Shown: piece after piece, positions 52,686 to 64,000 of the stretch
How positions within the stretch are numbered: the first letter of the stretch is position 1
Layout of the letters: every line of letters starts with the position of its first letter
Assembly (NCBI GenBank): GCA_964016885.1
Contig: OZ024741.1
Span: forward strand, 395,250,001-395,314,000
Length of the DNA stretch: 64,000 nucleotides
Direction: 5' to 3'
Origin: Eledone cirrhosa
Taxonomy: Eukaryota
Made by a program: the position numbers and the translations under genes
The notes under the pieces: model-generated
Told to the model about the DNA's origin: nothing
Seen by the model: the letters and a program-made list of their open reading frames with translations, nothing else
Database searches by the model: none

Positions 52686-53460
52686 CTAACAGAAGTACCC
52701 GGCGTTGCCCGGGTGTAAGTCGACCTTTGCTCTGTTGTTAAAATGTGTGAAAGTTACTTCCCCGCGCATCACAGGTGCAACGTTGTTGTTGGGGTTCACG
52801 CTGTTGTTGGTGTTGTTATTGTCTACACCAAAGGAGGTCATCATGAAACAGGAGTTGTATTTCCACATTTTACGGCGGAACGTTGTAGCCGTAGTGTCGT
52901 CACCTGTAAGTAGATTCAGACGAACGTCTGGCAGATCAGCCAATGCCTCTAGTTGCACCTTACCTCCTGCACAGCACATATAAGGCGCCTCGCCTGGCCA
53001 CTTCATTGCCTTGCAGGATGTACAGACAGTATCCATTTTGCCAATGGAAACTGTAGGCAGAAGTCCGTAATCCTCAGAGGGGTTATATCTGAAGGCTGCT
53101 TTTACCCAGCCTGAGCTCTTGGTAGCAGTAGCTAATGTATGCCGGGAACGCTTAGCAGCAAGCCTGTTGTCTCTGTCTGCCGTGGACTCCTCTGCAAGCG
53201 CTTGTTGACGACGAAGGCGAACCCCAGCAAGCCTCGTCTGACGGGATGTTGGTGACTCCTCTGTCAGCGCTTGTTGGCGACGAAGGCGAACACCAACAAG
53301 CTGCGTCATACGGGATGTTGGTGACTCCTCCGCAAGCGCTTGTTGGCGACGACGGCGAACATCAGCAAGCCTTGTCGTACGGGATGTTGGTGACTCAACC
53401 AGCCGGGAAAGACGTCTATCAGCGAGTCGAGATTCGCGCTCAGCAGGTGTTTCCTAGAGA
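52686..53460 (-). pseudogene. Helitron RepHel N-terminal fragment
   Basis: R-rich repeats (EES..SRQ.RL) then AF.YNP..DY....V.IG.M..VC..C.AMKW.GE...MCC.GGKV.L...YNSCF.MTSFG. Confidence 0.85.
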
Positions 53461-53890
53461 AAGTTAATTAATGCTACTGGTTAGCTAAGCCAAAAGCACT
53501 GTGCCAATAGTAAATGAGAAAAGTGTAATATGAACAAAAGGGAATCAAGGTAAGACAATAAATTTAATATAACAACAGTTAGAATGTAGTTGCTTAAAAG
53601 TAGTGACAGTTAGGATAAACGCAGTGCTTGCTAACATTAAGGGAGAATATTGCATAAAGGAGTAACCAATTGTGAATGAACGCATACTTGAGAACGCCTA
53701 ATTCGTCGTCTCAAATCAATAGCTGTATCTTTTTTGAGGGTAAGTCTTGAACGTTTCCATGTGGGCATAACGACGTGTAACAAAGCTGTTAAGTTAGAGA
53801 GGGGTGATTAAGTACAGAGAGGGGTGACACCAGATCCGTTAGCATGGTTACTGGTGAATGGGAAGGTTTGGAAATATGATTATAATAACT

Positions 53891-54151
53891 TACCAAATTT
53901 TCTGGCCTATAAAGTGCACTTAAAATACCTAAATTCCATAAAAAAAATAGCTCTGCGCTTTATACTCCGGTGAGCCTTATGTATAAATAATACAATGGTA
54001 ATCAATCATGGCTCTAACAGAAGTAATAGATCTAGACTAAAAGTAAAGAAGATAGCATTTTCCTGGTTGGCCTTAGACGCCGTTGCGTGGACCTGATTTT
54101 AAATGATACGCCTTATATCCCGGTGAGCCTTATAGAGCGGAAAATACGGCA
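53891..54151. mobile_element. Degenerate pogo/Tigger-like MITE inside the Helitron
   Basis: Imperfect TIRs TACCAAATTTTCTGGCCTATAA / TTATAGAGCGGAAAATACGGCA, with subterminal CCGGTGAGCCTTAT repeats. Confidence 0.55.
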
Positions 54152-57100
54152 TCTATTGGAAAAGAATACGAATTCATGACCAAGGTGTGACAAAATTGGC
54201 GTCTATACAGTGCCTGAAACAAACTTGTCCAAAACCCTAGGATCTTTCTCGTTAAGTATCCACCCAAAAGGAAGCATTTCTTAGTTACAAAAAATAACCG
54301 AAGTGAATAGTAGCTATATTTCTGACATATCATATCAAAAAGAACAATATATTCAAAAGATTTTCTAAAGTACATTCAATCTCTTTTTTTGACCGATGTC
54401 TTAATAAGCAAATTATCGATTTTTTATTAGCTGTCAGTGTTTATCTGCATGCAGGTGTGTACATGTGCACAATCAATTGCACTGCATGCAGATGGTCTAT
54501 GACAACTAATTAAAAAATTAAAGAACAATAGCAATTTGAAAATACGCCATAACATTTAGTCGTAAACAGAACAAAAAATGCCATTAGAGGTGGGCTAATA
54601 ATGGAAAAGACACAAACCCTGGTGAACTTACGTTTAAAAACCCGAAAACTTATTCACTTCCTGTGCAAAAGGCTGTGACAGTAGTGTTATGAATTAAGTA
54701 ATTTTTTAGAACCTTTTGTTTAAAAAAGGAAAAAAATTGGTACGGACGTAACATTTTTTACAACTTTGTATGTGTCCAATACAACTTGGTCAAAGTATTA
54801 TTTAGTAAATTTTTTCAAAAAGCATGATTATTTAAGACTGTTTGAAAATTTACTCACCGCTTTTAGCTTTTGGCATCACAAAAGACACCATTAAATTTGG
54901 TTTCCTTTCAGATAGGGATAATACTGTGTTTGCACTTGAATAAGGGGGAATATGAAAAGTTTAACGCTAAGATGTCGACAATCCCCTAGTACCAATGGGG
55001 ATTTTTTAATTTAAGGAAGGCGAAAAATGAATTAAATTTAACTGAAATGGCATGCAAGTAGTCTAATTAAATAAGCACTAACTCACCGATAAGTAAGTGG
55101 GCAAATTCTGTAATGGTCCGTTTAGTGAGACGGCCGGATTTATTGTTCACAAAAAGCGGATACACACAAAGAGAAAAAGGCGGTTCGCACGTTCGTGCAT
55201 ACCTGTTTGTGTATCTATCGTTGAGAAAACATACTGCTCGTGGTATAGACAGGCCGTCCAATCAATAACGCGCGTGAGTCACAGTGCGTGCGTGCTTATA
55301 TGGGCATATGAAATTGATTTTGATTGCGCCAGGTGTAAATTAAAAGTGCTTGTGTTCGAATACATACACATTAAATTTCATTGAAATCGAAAGATTTTTG
55401 AAAAAAATATGAAAAACATTGTCATATATTTTGTTGACTGTACAATTATTTAAGAATTAAGAATTCTACTCAAAGAACCCTGAATATCTGTTTGTAAAGC
55501 CTTCCATTTTCCCATAAAGAAAGGCGTAGATTTGCATATTTCCACAATATTGCGCCATTGATAATTAAACTATGAATAATTGTCTGCCCTAACTCTTAAA
55601 GGTCTCATTTAACGCATGATTTATGAGTTTAAAAAAACTTTCTGAATTTTTGCAGCCTTGGAGTAACTCCTAATGGATCTATTATTGTGGTAATATCAAA
55701 TTTCATTGAAATCGGACGAATTCTGAAAATATCGATTTTTTGCCTCTGGGGTCTGATTACCCCCACGTTGATCCCGCATCAAAATACATACCTACGTCAA
55801 ATTTCATTGGAATCGGACAAATTTCGTAAATATCGATGTTTGCCTCTGGTGATCCAATTATCGAAAATTTAATGTAGCCCACGTTCATCCGCGGATCAAA
55901 ATACACACTTGCGTCGAGTTTCATCGCAATCGGACGATTTTTGAAAATATCGATTTTTGGCTTCTGAGAGACCGATTATCGATTTTTCCAAAATTTCAAG
56001 TAGCCTATTCCAATCTACGGGTCGAGTTTTATATATGTGTCAAGTTTCATGAAAATCGGATGAACGGTGTAGCCTGCAAGTTTGGGACACCAAACAAACA
56101 AACAAACAACGCCCAACTTCACTTTATATATATAGATATATATTGTAACTATAATCGCGCAAACACAAACTTATTAAAATAAACGCTCACGGACATACAT
56201 TCACACAAATACACATACTTCCACATATATACATTAACACAAACACACATTCACACATATACATTTACACAAACATACATTCACACAAACATACACATAC
56301 AGTCATGATAGCAGCGTTCAGTGATTTATTGATTTATTAACAACACAGTTAAACTCTTTTTTTAAAACTCATTTGTATAAAAATTTAATATAAAGGTTAC
56401 AGAACGAAAACACTAACAAATATAATATATACAAAAGAAAGGGAAAGGAAAAAAAGAAAGAGAAAAAAATACACAAGCACATAATACCCACATCTTAGAC
56501 CACATCAACAAAAGGCAGGCGAAAGGGGTGGACAAACAAGACGCTACCAGAACAAAAGATAACAATATAGCGAGGAGCACTGGAAAACCTCTCTAATAAT
56601 TTTGAGGCAAGCTAGCACGCTCGCAGCGTTACCTGGGGTGATGGCGAGGCTGAGGTGCTGGAACAACCAAGTGCCTTCACAAACATCACCAGTTACCTTT
56701 GTTTGGCGAGCCACCAGTGAAGATAAGAATCTCGCTGTTAGTCGCCCGACTCACCCAAACGTCTCGAACGCCACAGGCTGGATAATTAGTTAGCTGACAG
56801 AACACAGTATTTTAGGATTTTGTTCCATCAGATGTGAGAAGAAGTAAAAGAGTCACTAACTGTGACATCCCAGGTAAGGACCTGCCTCTTGACCAGGAGC
56901 ACAGAGTAAGACCATCAAGTCTTTTCCCATCAATTCTGAACAACCCAAATGGTTCCAAAATTGAGGGGATGTTTGCGCGTGCAAAAGCTCTTAAGTGGTA
57001 ATAGGACAGTGTGTGTTTGTGCGCGTTTATCGGCGTTCTTAAATTAGAGACCTATGTATGTGTGTGTGTGTGTCACTGTTTTTAAGTTAGAGACATATAT

Positions 57101-57169
57101 ATGTGTGTATCCCTTGCCTTCCTTTCACACACACATACATTCACACAAACACACATACACATTGTGTGA

Positions 57170-57842
57170 CGGACGGGTGGACAGAAGTCCCTCAAATTTA
57201 TATAGATGTGAATGGAGTTCTACTGAAGCAGGTAGAGAAGTTCAAGTATCTCGGGGCTATGTTGATGAGTGATGGAATGCAAGAAGCTGAATTAAGTGCA
57301 AGAATTTCAAAAGCTGATGCAGTAATGTGCCAGCCTCAGCATTCAGCAATCAGAAGAAGGGGGTAGGTGTAAAAGCCAAACTCGCTGTCTTCCTGGTATT
57401 CCTGCCAACTCTTACCGAGAATCATGAATCTTGAGTAATGACCAAAAGAATAAAAGCAGCAGAAATGTGATTCCTCCGAAGCGTCTTTGGAGTAACGTTA
57501 CTCGATAAAGTGCATGGCTCAGAGACCAGAGAGTCACTCCAGGTACAGCTGCTACTTCTCCAAATTGAGAGAACACAACTCCGATATTATGAGCATGTGG
57601 TTAGAATGTCTCAGTAAAGAATCGCTGGGCAGATTTTACAGGCAAAAAACAACCGGCAAGAGACCCAGAGGTAGACCCTGAGCATGATAGTTGGATAACA
57701 TCCATGAGCTTGGCTGGTCACACTTTGGGATCCAGCTGGATCAGTTAAAGATGTTTGCTACTGACAGACTCGCTGGAAGGAGTGTTTGAGAAGGACTCTT
57801 CCCCCGCGGCCCTCTCAGAAATAAGTGGGCGAAGAAGAAGAT
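57170..57842 (+). mobile_element. Old RTE (Rex3/Expander-like) 3' fragment
   Basis: LKQVEKFKYLG...ARISKA and RPRGRP motifs; (GAA)n tail. Confidence 0.82.
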
Positions 57843-58278
57843 ATTGTCAATTTACTTTTCAATTTACATATATATATATTTGCATATAATACCAATATGC
57901 ACACTACATATGCTAGCAGAAAACCGCCCACGGGCGGTTTTTATGCTAGTAGCTATTAATGGAACTCGAACATAAAGCAAACTCTAATATTCCTTAATAG
58001 AAAATTTAAAGATAAGATGCATTGTATAACATATTTACCATAATAACATGGCCAGTAATACAGTGGAATTTATCTTTACCAAACACATATTTTAAAACTA
58101 TAAACATCTCAAAAACATTACATCTAAAACTAAGAAAATTCTATGGATACACCCAACTTATACATCTATATACGAACTCCAATATAAAAATTACCTATCT
58201 AATTTAACCACTAAGCCTTGTGCCTATATATATACATAAATAGGTGTATATATATACATATATAGGTGTATATATATA

Positions 58279-58764
58279 TGTAGGTGTCACAACAAAAAAA
58301 ACATACAGTCCACGCTGTAATGTGGCCGTGTAGGTAACACGGTAAAAACCTCCCAGTCCACACTGTAAACGTGGTTGGTGTTAGGAAGGGCATCCAGCCG
58401 TAGAAAACCCGCCAGGCAGTCCTATACGAACAAGACAACCAATCTTGCCTCAAGTGGGAAAATTCCCGTCCAAACCCATGCTAGCGTGGAAGATGGACGT
58501 TAAACGATGATGATGATGATGATGATGATATATATATATGTGTGTGTGAATATATATATATATATCGTCATCATTATCATCATTGTTTAACGTCTATCTT
58601 CCATGCTAGCATGGGTGTAGATGGGAATTGTCCTAGTTGAGGCAAGATTGGTCGGGTGACCATGTCTCGCAGGTTTTCTACGGCTGAATGCCCTTCCTAA
58701 CACCAACCACGTTTACAGTGTGCACTGGGAGGTTCTTACCTACACGGCCACATTACAGCGTGGA
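58279..58764. mobile_element. Two RTE-A 3'-UTR fragments tail-to-tail (58279-58529 +; 58565-58764 -)
   Basis: Both carry the GGTGTTAGGAAGGGCAT module and (GAT)n/(ATC)n tails, around a short TA tract. Confidence 0.85.
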
Positions 58765-60625
58765 GCTATACGGTCATTATATCGACGACTGTATCGGCGC
58801 GCCACCTCCCTATCACGAGAACAGCTCGACTGTTTTCTTTCTTTTGTCCCATCTTTCCATCCTGCTCTCAATTTCACCGCCTGCGTCTCCGATTCTTCTG
58901 TCACTTTTCTAGATATCTCTATCTATTAATCACTCTCACCACACCCTCTCTACTTCCATCTTCATTAAACCAACCGACTCCCACTCTTATCTCAACTTCA
59001 CCTCCTCCCATCCAACCCACACCAAACACTCCATACCATATTCCCAATTCCTGCGTCTTCGTCGACTCTGTAGCCAGGACGACAATTTCGAAACCCATTC
59101 TCTTCGCATGGCTTCCTGCTTCATCCAGCGTGGATATCCACCCACCTTGATCCAAGCTGCTTTCACCCGCGCCCGTGAAACAGACTACACCACAGCCCTC
59201 TCACCTCACCCCCGCCCTCCCAACATCCGTGTTCCTTTCCCTCTCACCTACCACCCCATCACCCTACCACTCCGGCAACATATCCTCCATTCCTTCCGTA
59301 TCCTCTTTTCTGACCCCGTCAATTCTCGCTTTTTTCCAAACCCACCCATTACTGCTTTTAAGTGCGTCCACAACCTCCGCGACCTCCTGGTTCACAGTTC
59401 CTTTTCGTCCTCTCCCATGACTCCACCTGCCTTTCATCATTGTTCCCGTTCCCGCTGCAACACTTATCCCTTTATTTCCACTCTCACCACTCTTACAGGC
59501 CCTAACGGGTCTTTCATATCCGCCATTCCTTCACCTGCACATCCACCCACGTTTTCTATGCCCTCCGGTGTTCCCTTTGCGGGTCTTTATATATTGGACA
59601 AACGGGACGCCGTACGGCGGACCGTTTTGTCGAACATTTGAGGGACATCAGACTCGGTTTGGATACTCCTGTTGCCCGTCATTTCTGTTCTCCTGGTCAT
59701 TCTTCCCTACATGTTTCAGTCCTGGGTGTCCTTTTACATCATGGATCACAGGCCTCGCGCACCAGGACTGAACAAAGTCTGATTCACCGCCTTGGGACCT
59801 ATTCCCCTCTTGGACTCAACTCACCTCCCCAATTTCTCTAATACCCCGTCCATTATCACACCCCTAGATTCCTATCGCTTTCTCTTGATCATTAGCAGTT
59901 TCTCTTACAACTAATACATGCCGATACACACCTTTATATTAACATACTTTTGCTCATAGCTTCGTACTTACATGCACATGCACTCTTTTACTCACATATA
60001 CACACACATTTCTTCTTAGCTTCGTACGAACCTATAACAACACACACACACACACACATACACACACACAAACACATGCTTATGCACGTGCTCAAGTATA
60101 GCTCTTTTTACAAAACGTTTTTTTTTCTATTTCAAAGACGCAATGTTTAGATAAATCACAGAGGCAATAAACATAAATGAACTCCAACCAAAATTAAATA
60201 GAAAACATGAATGGAATAGCAACATCACAACTTACAATTAAGGACAAAATGAAAACACACACACATAGAACAAACAACCAACTAGTAACATGTAAATAAA
60301 CAAATAAATAAACAAATAAAAACACACAGACACCCGGATGTAACACATGCGCAAACTAAGCAACACACACAAAAACAAGATGGCGTAGGACAGAACAAAG
60401 GAGAGGCAAAAACAAAGAAAAGAATCCCCGGTCACTGATGAGGTCACAGAATCTGTGACGAAAGAACTTTGACAATATATGAACAACCGTCCAGTTGTGG
60501 AACCAACCAACCAACCAACCGGAAATTTATAAATTTCTTAAATTTATAATTTAATTTATAATAAATTGGAGTGAAAGCAACTGGTGCGTGTGTTTCTTAT
60601 TGGCAACATGACCCTCCCCAAGTAT

Positions 60626-60630
<5 letters not shown>
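58764..60630 (+). mobile_element. Neptune-type Penelope-like element, 5'-truncated and degraded
   Basis: YIDD; FLDI; KPTDSHSYL..SSHP; SIPYSQFLRLRRLCS; RGYP; YIGQTGR...RF.EH; PVARHF; PLGLN. Confidence 0.93.
60431..60473 (+). ncRNA. Minimal type I hammerhead in the Neptune pLTR
   Basis: gtca-CTGATGA-g gtcacag aat ctgtgac-GAAA G AA CTT-tgac. Confidence 0.8.
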
Positions 60631-60708
<78 letters not shown>

Positions 60709-60712
60709 CATA

Positions 60713-61009
60713 TGGTAAATATCATCTTGGTTAAGAGAGTGAGACTGACTTTGTGCAGTGCCTTTGCTCACTATAAAAGCTTCACGGCACAGGCATTGCT
60801 TTATATCTGGAGATCTCTCTGCACTTGTCGTCACATGGTACCATGGGCCCAGCACTATGTGTCAATAATTGTCACAAGTGTAGTGTTTGTACCAGAGTTT
60901 TCAAGTCGCTGGCTGGACTAAAAAGTCACACTCGTTCAGCGCATTGGTAGGGGTTCCCCTACATGGATATAAAGTAGTGGCCGTACTCGAAAACGAGTTG
61001 GCAGCCACC
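60713..61009 (-). repeat. Second copy of structured repeat X
   Basis: Reverse complement of 6985-7281. Confidence 0.85.
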
Positions 61010-61096
61010 ATATATATATATATATATGTGTGTATATATATATATATATATGTGTATATATATATATATATATATGTGTATATATATATATATGTG

Positions 61097-61267
<171 letters not shown>

Positions 61268-61278
61268 ATATATATATA

Positions 61279-61367
<89 letters not shown>

Positions 61368-61378
61368 GTGTGTGTGTG

Positions 61379-61479
<101 letters not shown>

Positions 61480-61781
61480 CTGTGAGAGCCCTGGTTTCTG
61501 TTGAGCTCTGCTGATGAATGAAATCCAACCGTGACCATCTCCACTGAAAGTTTTCATGAAATAGTCTTTTAAGACTATACAGAGCATTTGATGTTATTCC
61601 AAATTGAAGGATAAGTGTTTCAAACTTTATTTTATCATGAGTTAAAGGTCTATAGATTTTTCCCCGGATTTCACTAAATTCTGTGGATGAATTTATATCG
61701 TGATTCTCTTTTGAGATGAGTTTGAGTTATTTTTCCTAAATCTTTCGTTAACTACTTTTCCCATCTTGACGTTATATATAT

Positions 61782-61828
<47 letters not shown>

Positions 61829-61842
61829 TATATATATATATG

Positions 61843-62522
<680 letters not shown>

Positions 62523-62551
62523 GTATATGTGTATATGTATAAATATATATG

Positions 62552-62628
<77 letters not shown>

Positions 62629-62634
62629 ATATAT

Positions 62635-64000
62635 ATCATCATCATCGTTTAACATATCTTCCATGCTAGCATGGGTTTAGACGGGAGTTGCCCTACTTGA
62701 GGCAAGAATGGTCGGGTGACCATGTCTTGCTCGTATAGGACTATCTGGCAGGTTTTCTACGGCTGGATGCCCTTCCTAACACCAACCACGTTTACAGTGT
62801 GGACTGGGAGGTTTTTACCGTGTTACCTACACGGCCACATTACAGCGTGGACTGTGTGTTTTTTTGTCGTGACACCTACACGATCTCATTTATTTTGGAC
62901 TGGATGTTGTGGTACCAACATAACTTTACGGAGAAAGGGTGGTTTTGGTGGGAGTGGGGGTGGGATAGTAAGGGTAGTGAGATGGGGGTATATATTTGGT
63001 TAAGAGGTGCCTACTGACTGTAGGTTTCGCTTTGTACATAGGCAAGGTGGGTCTTCTATATTACTGCATAGCACCAAAGATCTCGATCCAGTGACATTGT
63101 CTTAGAGAGGTGTAATGTCGGAATTTATCAAATCGTCCCAGGTTTTTCTGGGTCTACCTACTCCATAACTTCCATCAATTTTGATCGCCCTGCACATTTT
63201 ATACAGCTGTCGTCTTTCATGCGCATCATGTGACCATACCAACGTAGTCTTCTCTCGAGTAAACAGCATCTGATCCCTCTTATTCCTAATTTCTCACTTA
63301 GTTCATTTATGCTTTGCCATTCGCGTATATTACTATAACACATCCAACGGAGCATGGATGCTTCGTTCCACTCCAGTCTGTGCAGATCCTCTGCACACAA
63401 TGCCCATGTCTCACTGCCATGTAACATTGTTGTTCGTATACAGGCATCATAAAATCTGCCTTTCATTTTTAGAGAGAAACCTTTAGTGGCCAATAGTGGT
63501 TTTAGCTCTCTGAACTTTTTCTATCCCATTCTGACTCTGGCTACTGTACTTTCAGAACACACTCCACCACTGCTGATTTTGTCACCTAGGTAACAGAAAG
63601 TGACCACTATTTCTATAGAACCATCTGGGCAATAGAAGGAGCTAGTATCCTGTGGGCACTTGCTGCTACTTATTGCACCAGAGCATCGGCCAGATATAAA
63701 ATCTATGTTCTTAGTTAGCTTACCTGTGATCCCACTACATCTTTTATGTACCCATAGTTTGCATTTGGGACATAAAATGGAATTTCTGCCTACTCCTTTC
63801 GTACACACTGAGCATGGCCATTTCCCAGAGGGTACCTGTACCCTATTTTCCTTTCTACATACTAGAACTTTAGTCTTAGACAAGTTAACTTTAAGGCCTT
63901 TTGATTCTAGGCCATGCTTCCATGTTTGGAATTTCTTCTCTAGTTCAGCCATCGATTCAGCTATGAAAGTTAGATCATCTGCGTATAGAAGTTCCCATGG
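62635..64000 (-). mobile_element. Degraded RTE-A LINE running off the window edge
   Basis: ORFs 63158-63493 and 63521-63952, UTR and (ATC)n tail. Confidence 0.93.

Larger units (their letters stand above)
52686..56136 (-). mobile_element. Non-autonomous Helitron (internal deletion derivative)
   Basis: On the minus strand: 5' TCTATATATATAAAG, 3' hairpin CCCGGGCAACGCCGGG then TTAG|T, and an A|T target. ~100-bp internal repeats lie at 55690-56060. Confidence 0.82.

Noticed and set aside
56320-56810. Possible additional retroelement 3' end on the minus strand (AATAAATC repeats)
   Set aside because: It has no coding motif or second copy in the window, so it cannot be classified.
57912-57950. Rho-independent terminator-like hairpin with a T-run
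   Set aside because: The context is eukaryotic TE DNA with no upstream gene; Helitron termini explain it better.
61508-61530. CTGATGA-AT-GAAA hammerhead-like core
   Set aside because: There is no room for stem II and no stem I or III complementarity.

Overview
This is AT-rich eukaryotic DNA, inferred to be from a mollusc and probably a coleoid cephalopod (octopus-like) based on its SINE and LINE types. No host gene is recognisable. The window is a nested pile of mobile elements inserted into (TA)n microsatellites. It holds about 14 RTE-clade LINE copies or fragments from at least 4 families; three have long open ORFs, and families A-C carry a PHD-type C4HC3 finger inside the RT region. It also holds three coding remnants of Penelope-like elements (PLE; RT plus C-terminal GIY-YIG), many short non-coding PLE pLTR fragments, tRNA-derived SINEs, CR1-like and L1/Tx1-like remnants, a non-autonomous Helitron and a 27-bp minisatellite. 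Two signals stand out. First, about 15 type I hammerhead ribozyme motifs from about 12 sequence-unrelated families occur here, including U3-A8 covariant cores. Second, in seven unrelated PLE-like units the duplicated or inverted pLTR arm stops about 3-10 nt upstream of a shared RCTC...GAGY hairpin in the unique 3' tail, a candidate cis-signal for where reverse transcription starts. All coordinates and pairings were read by eye, so edges may be off by a few nt.
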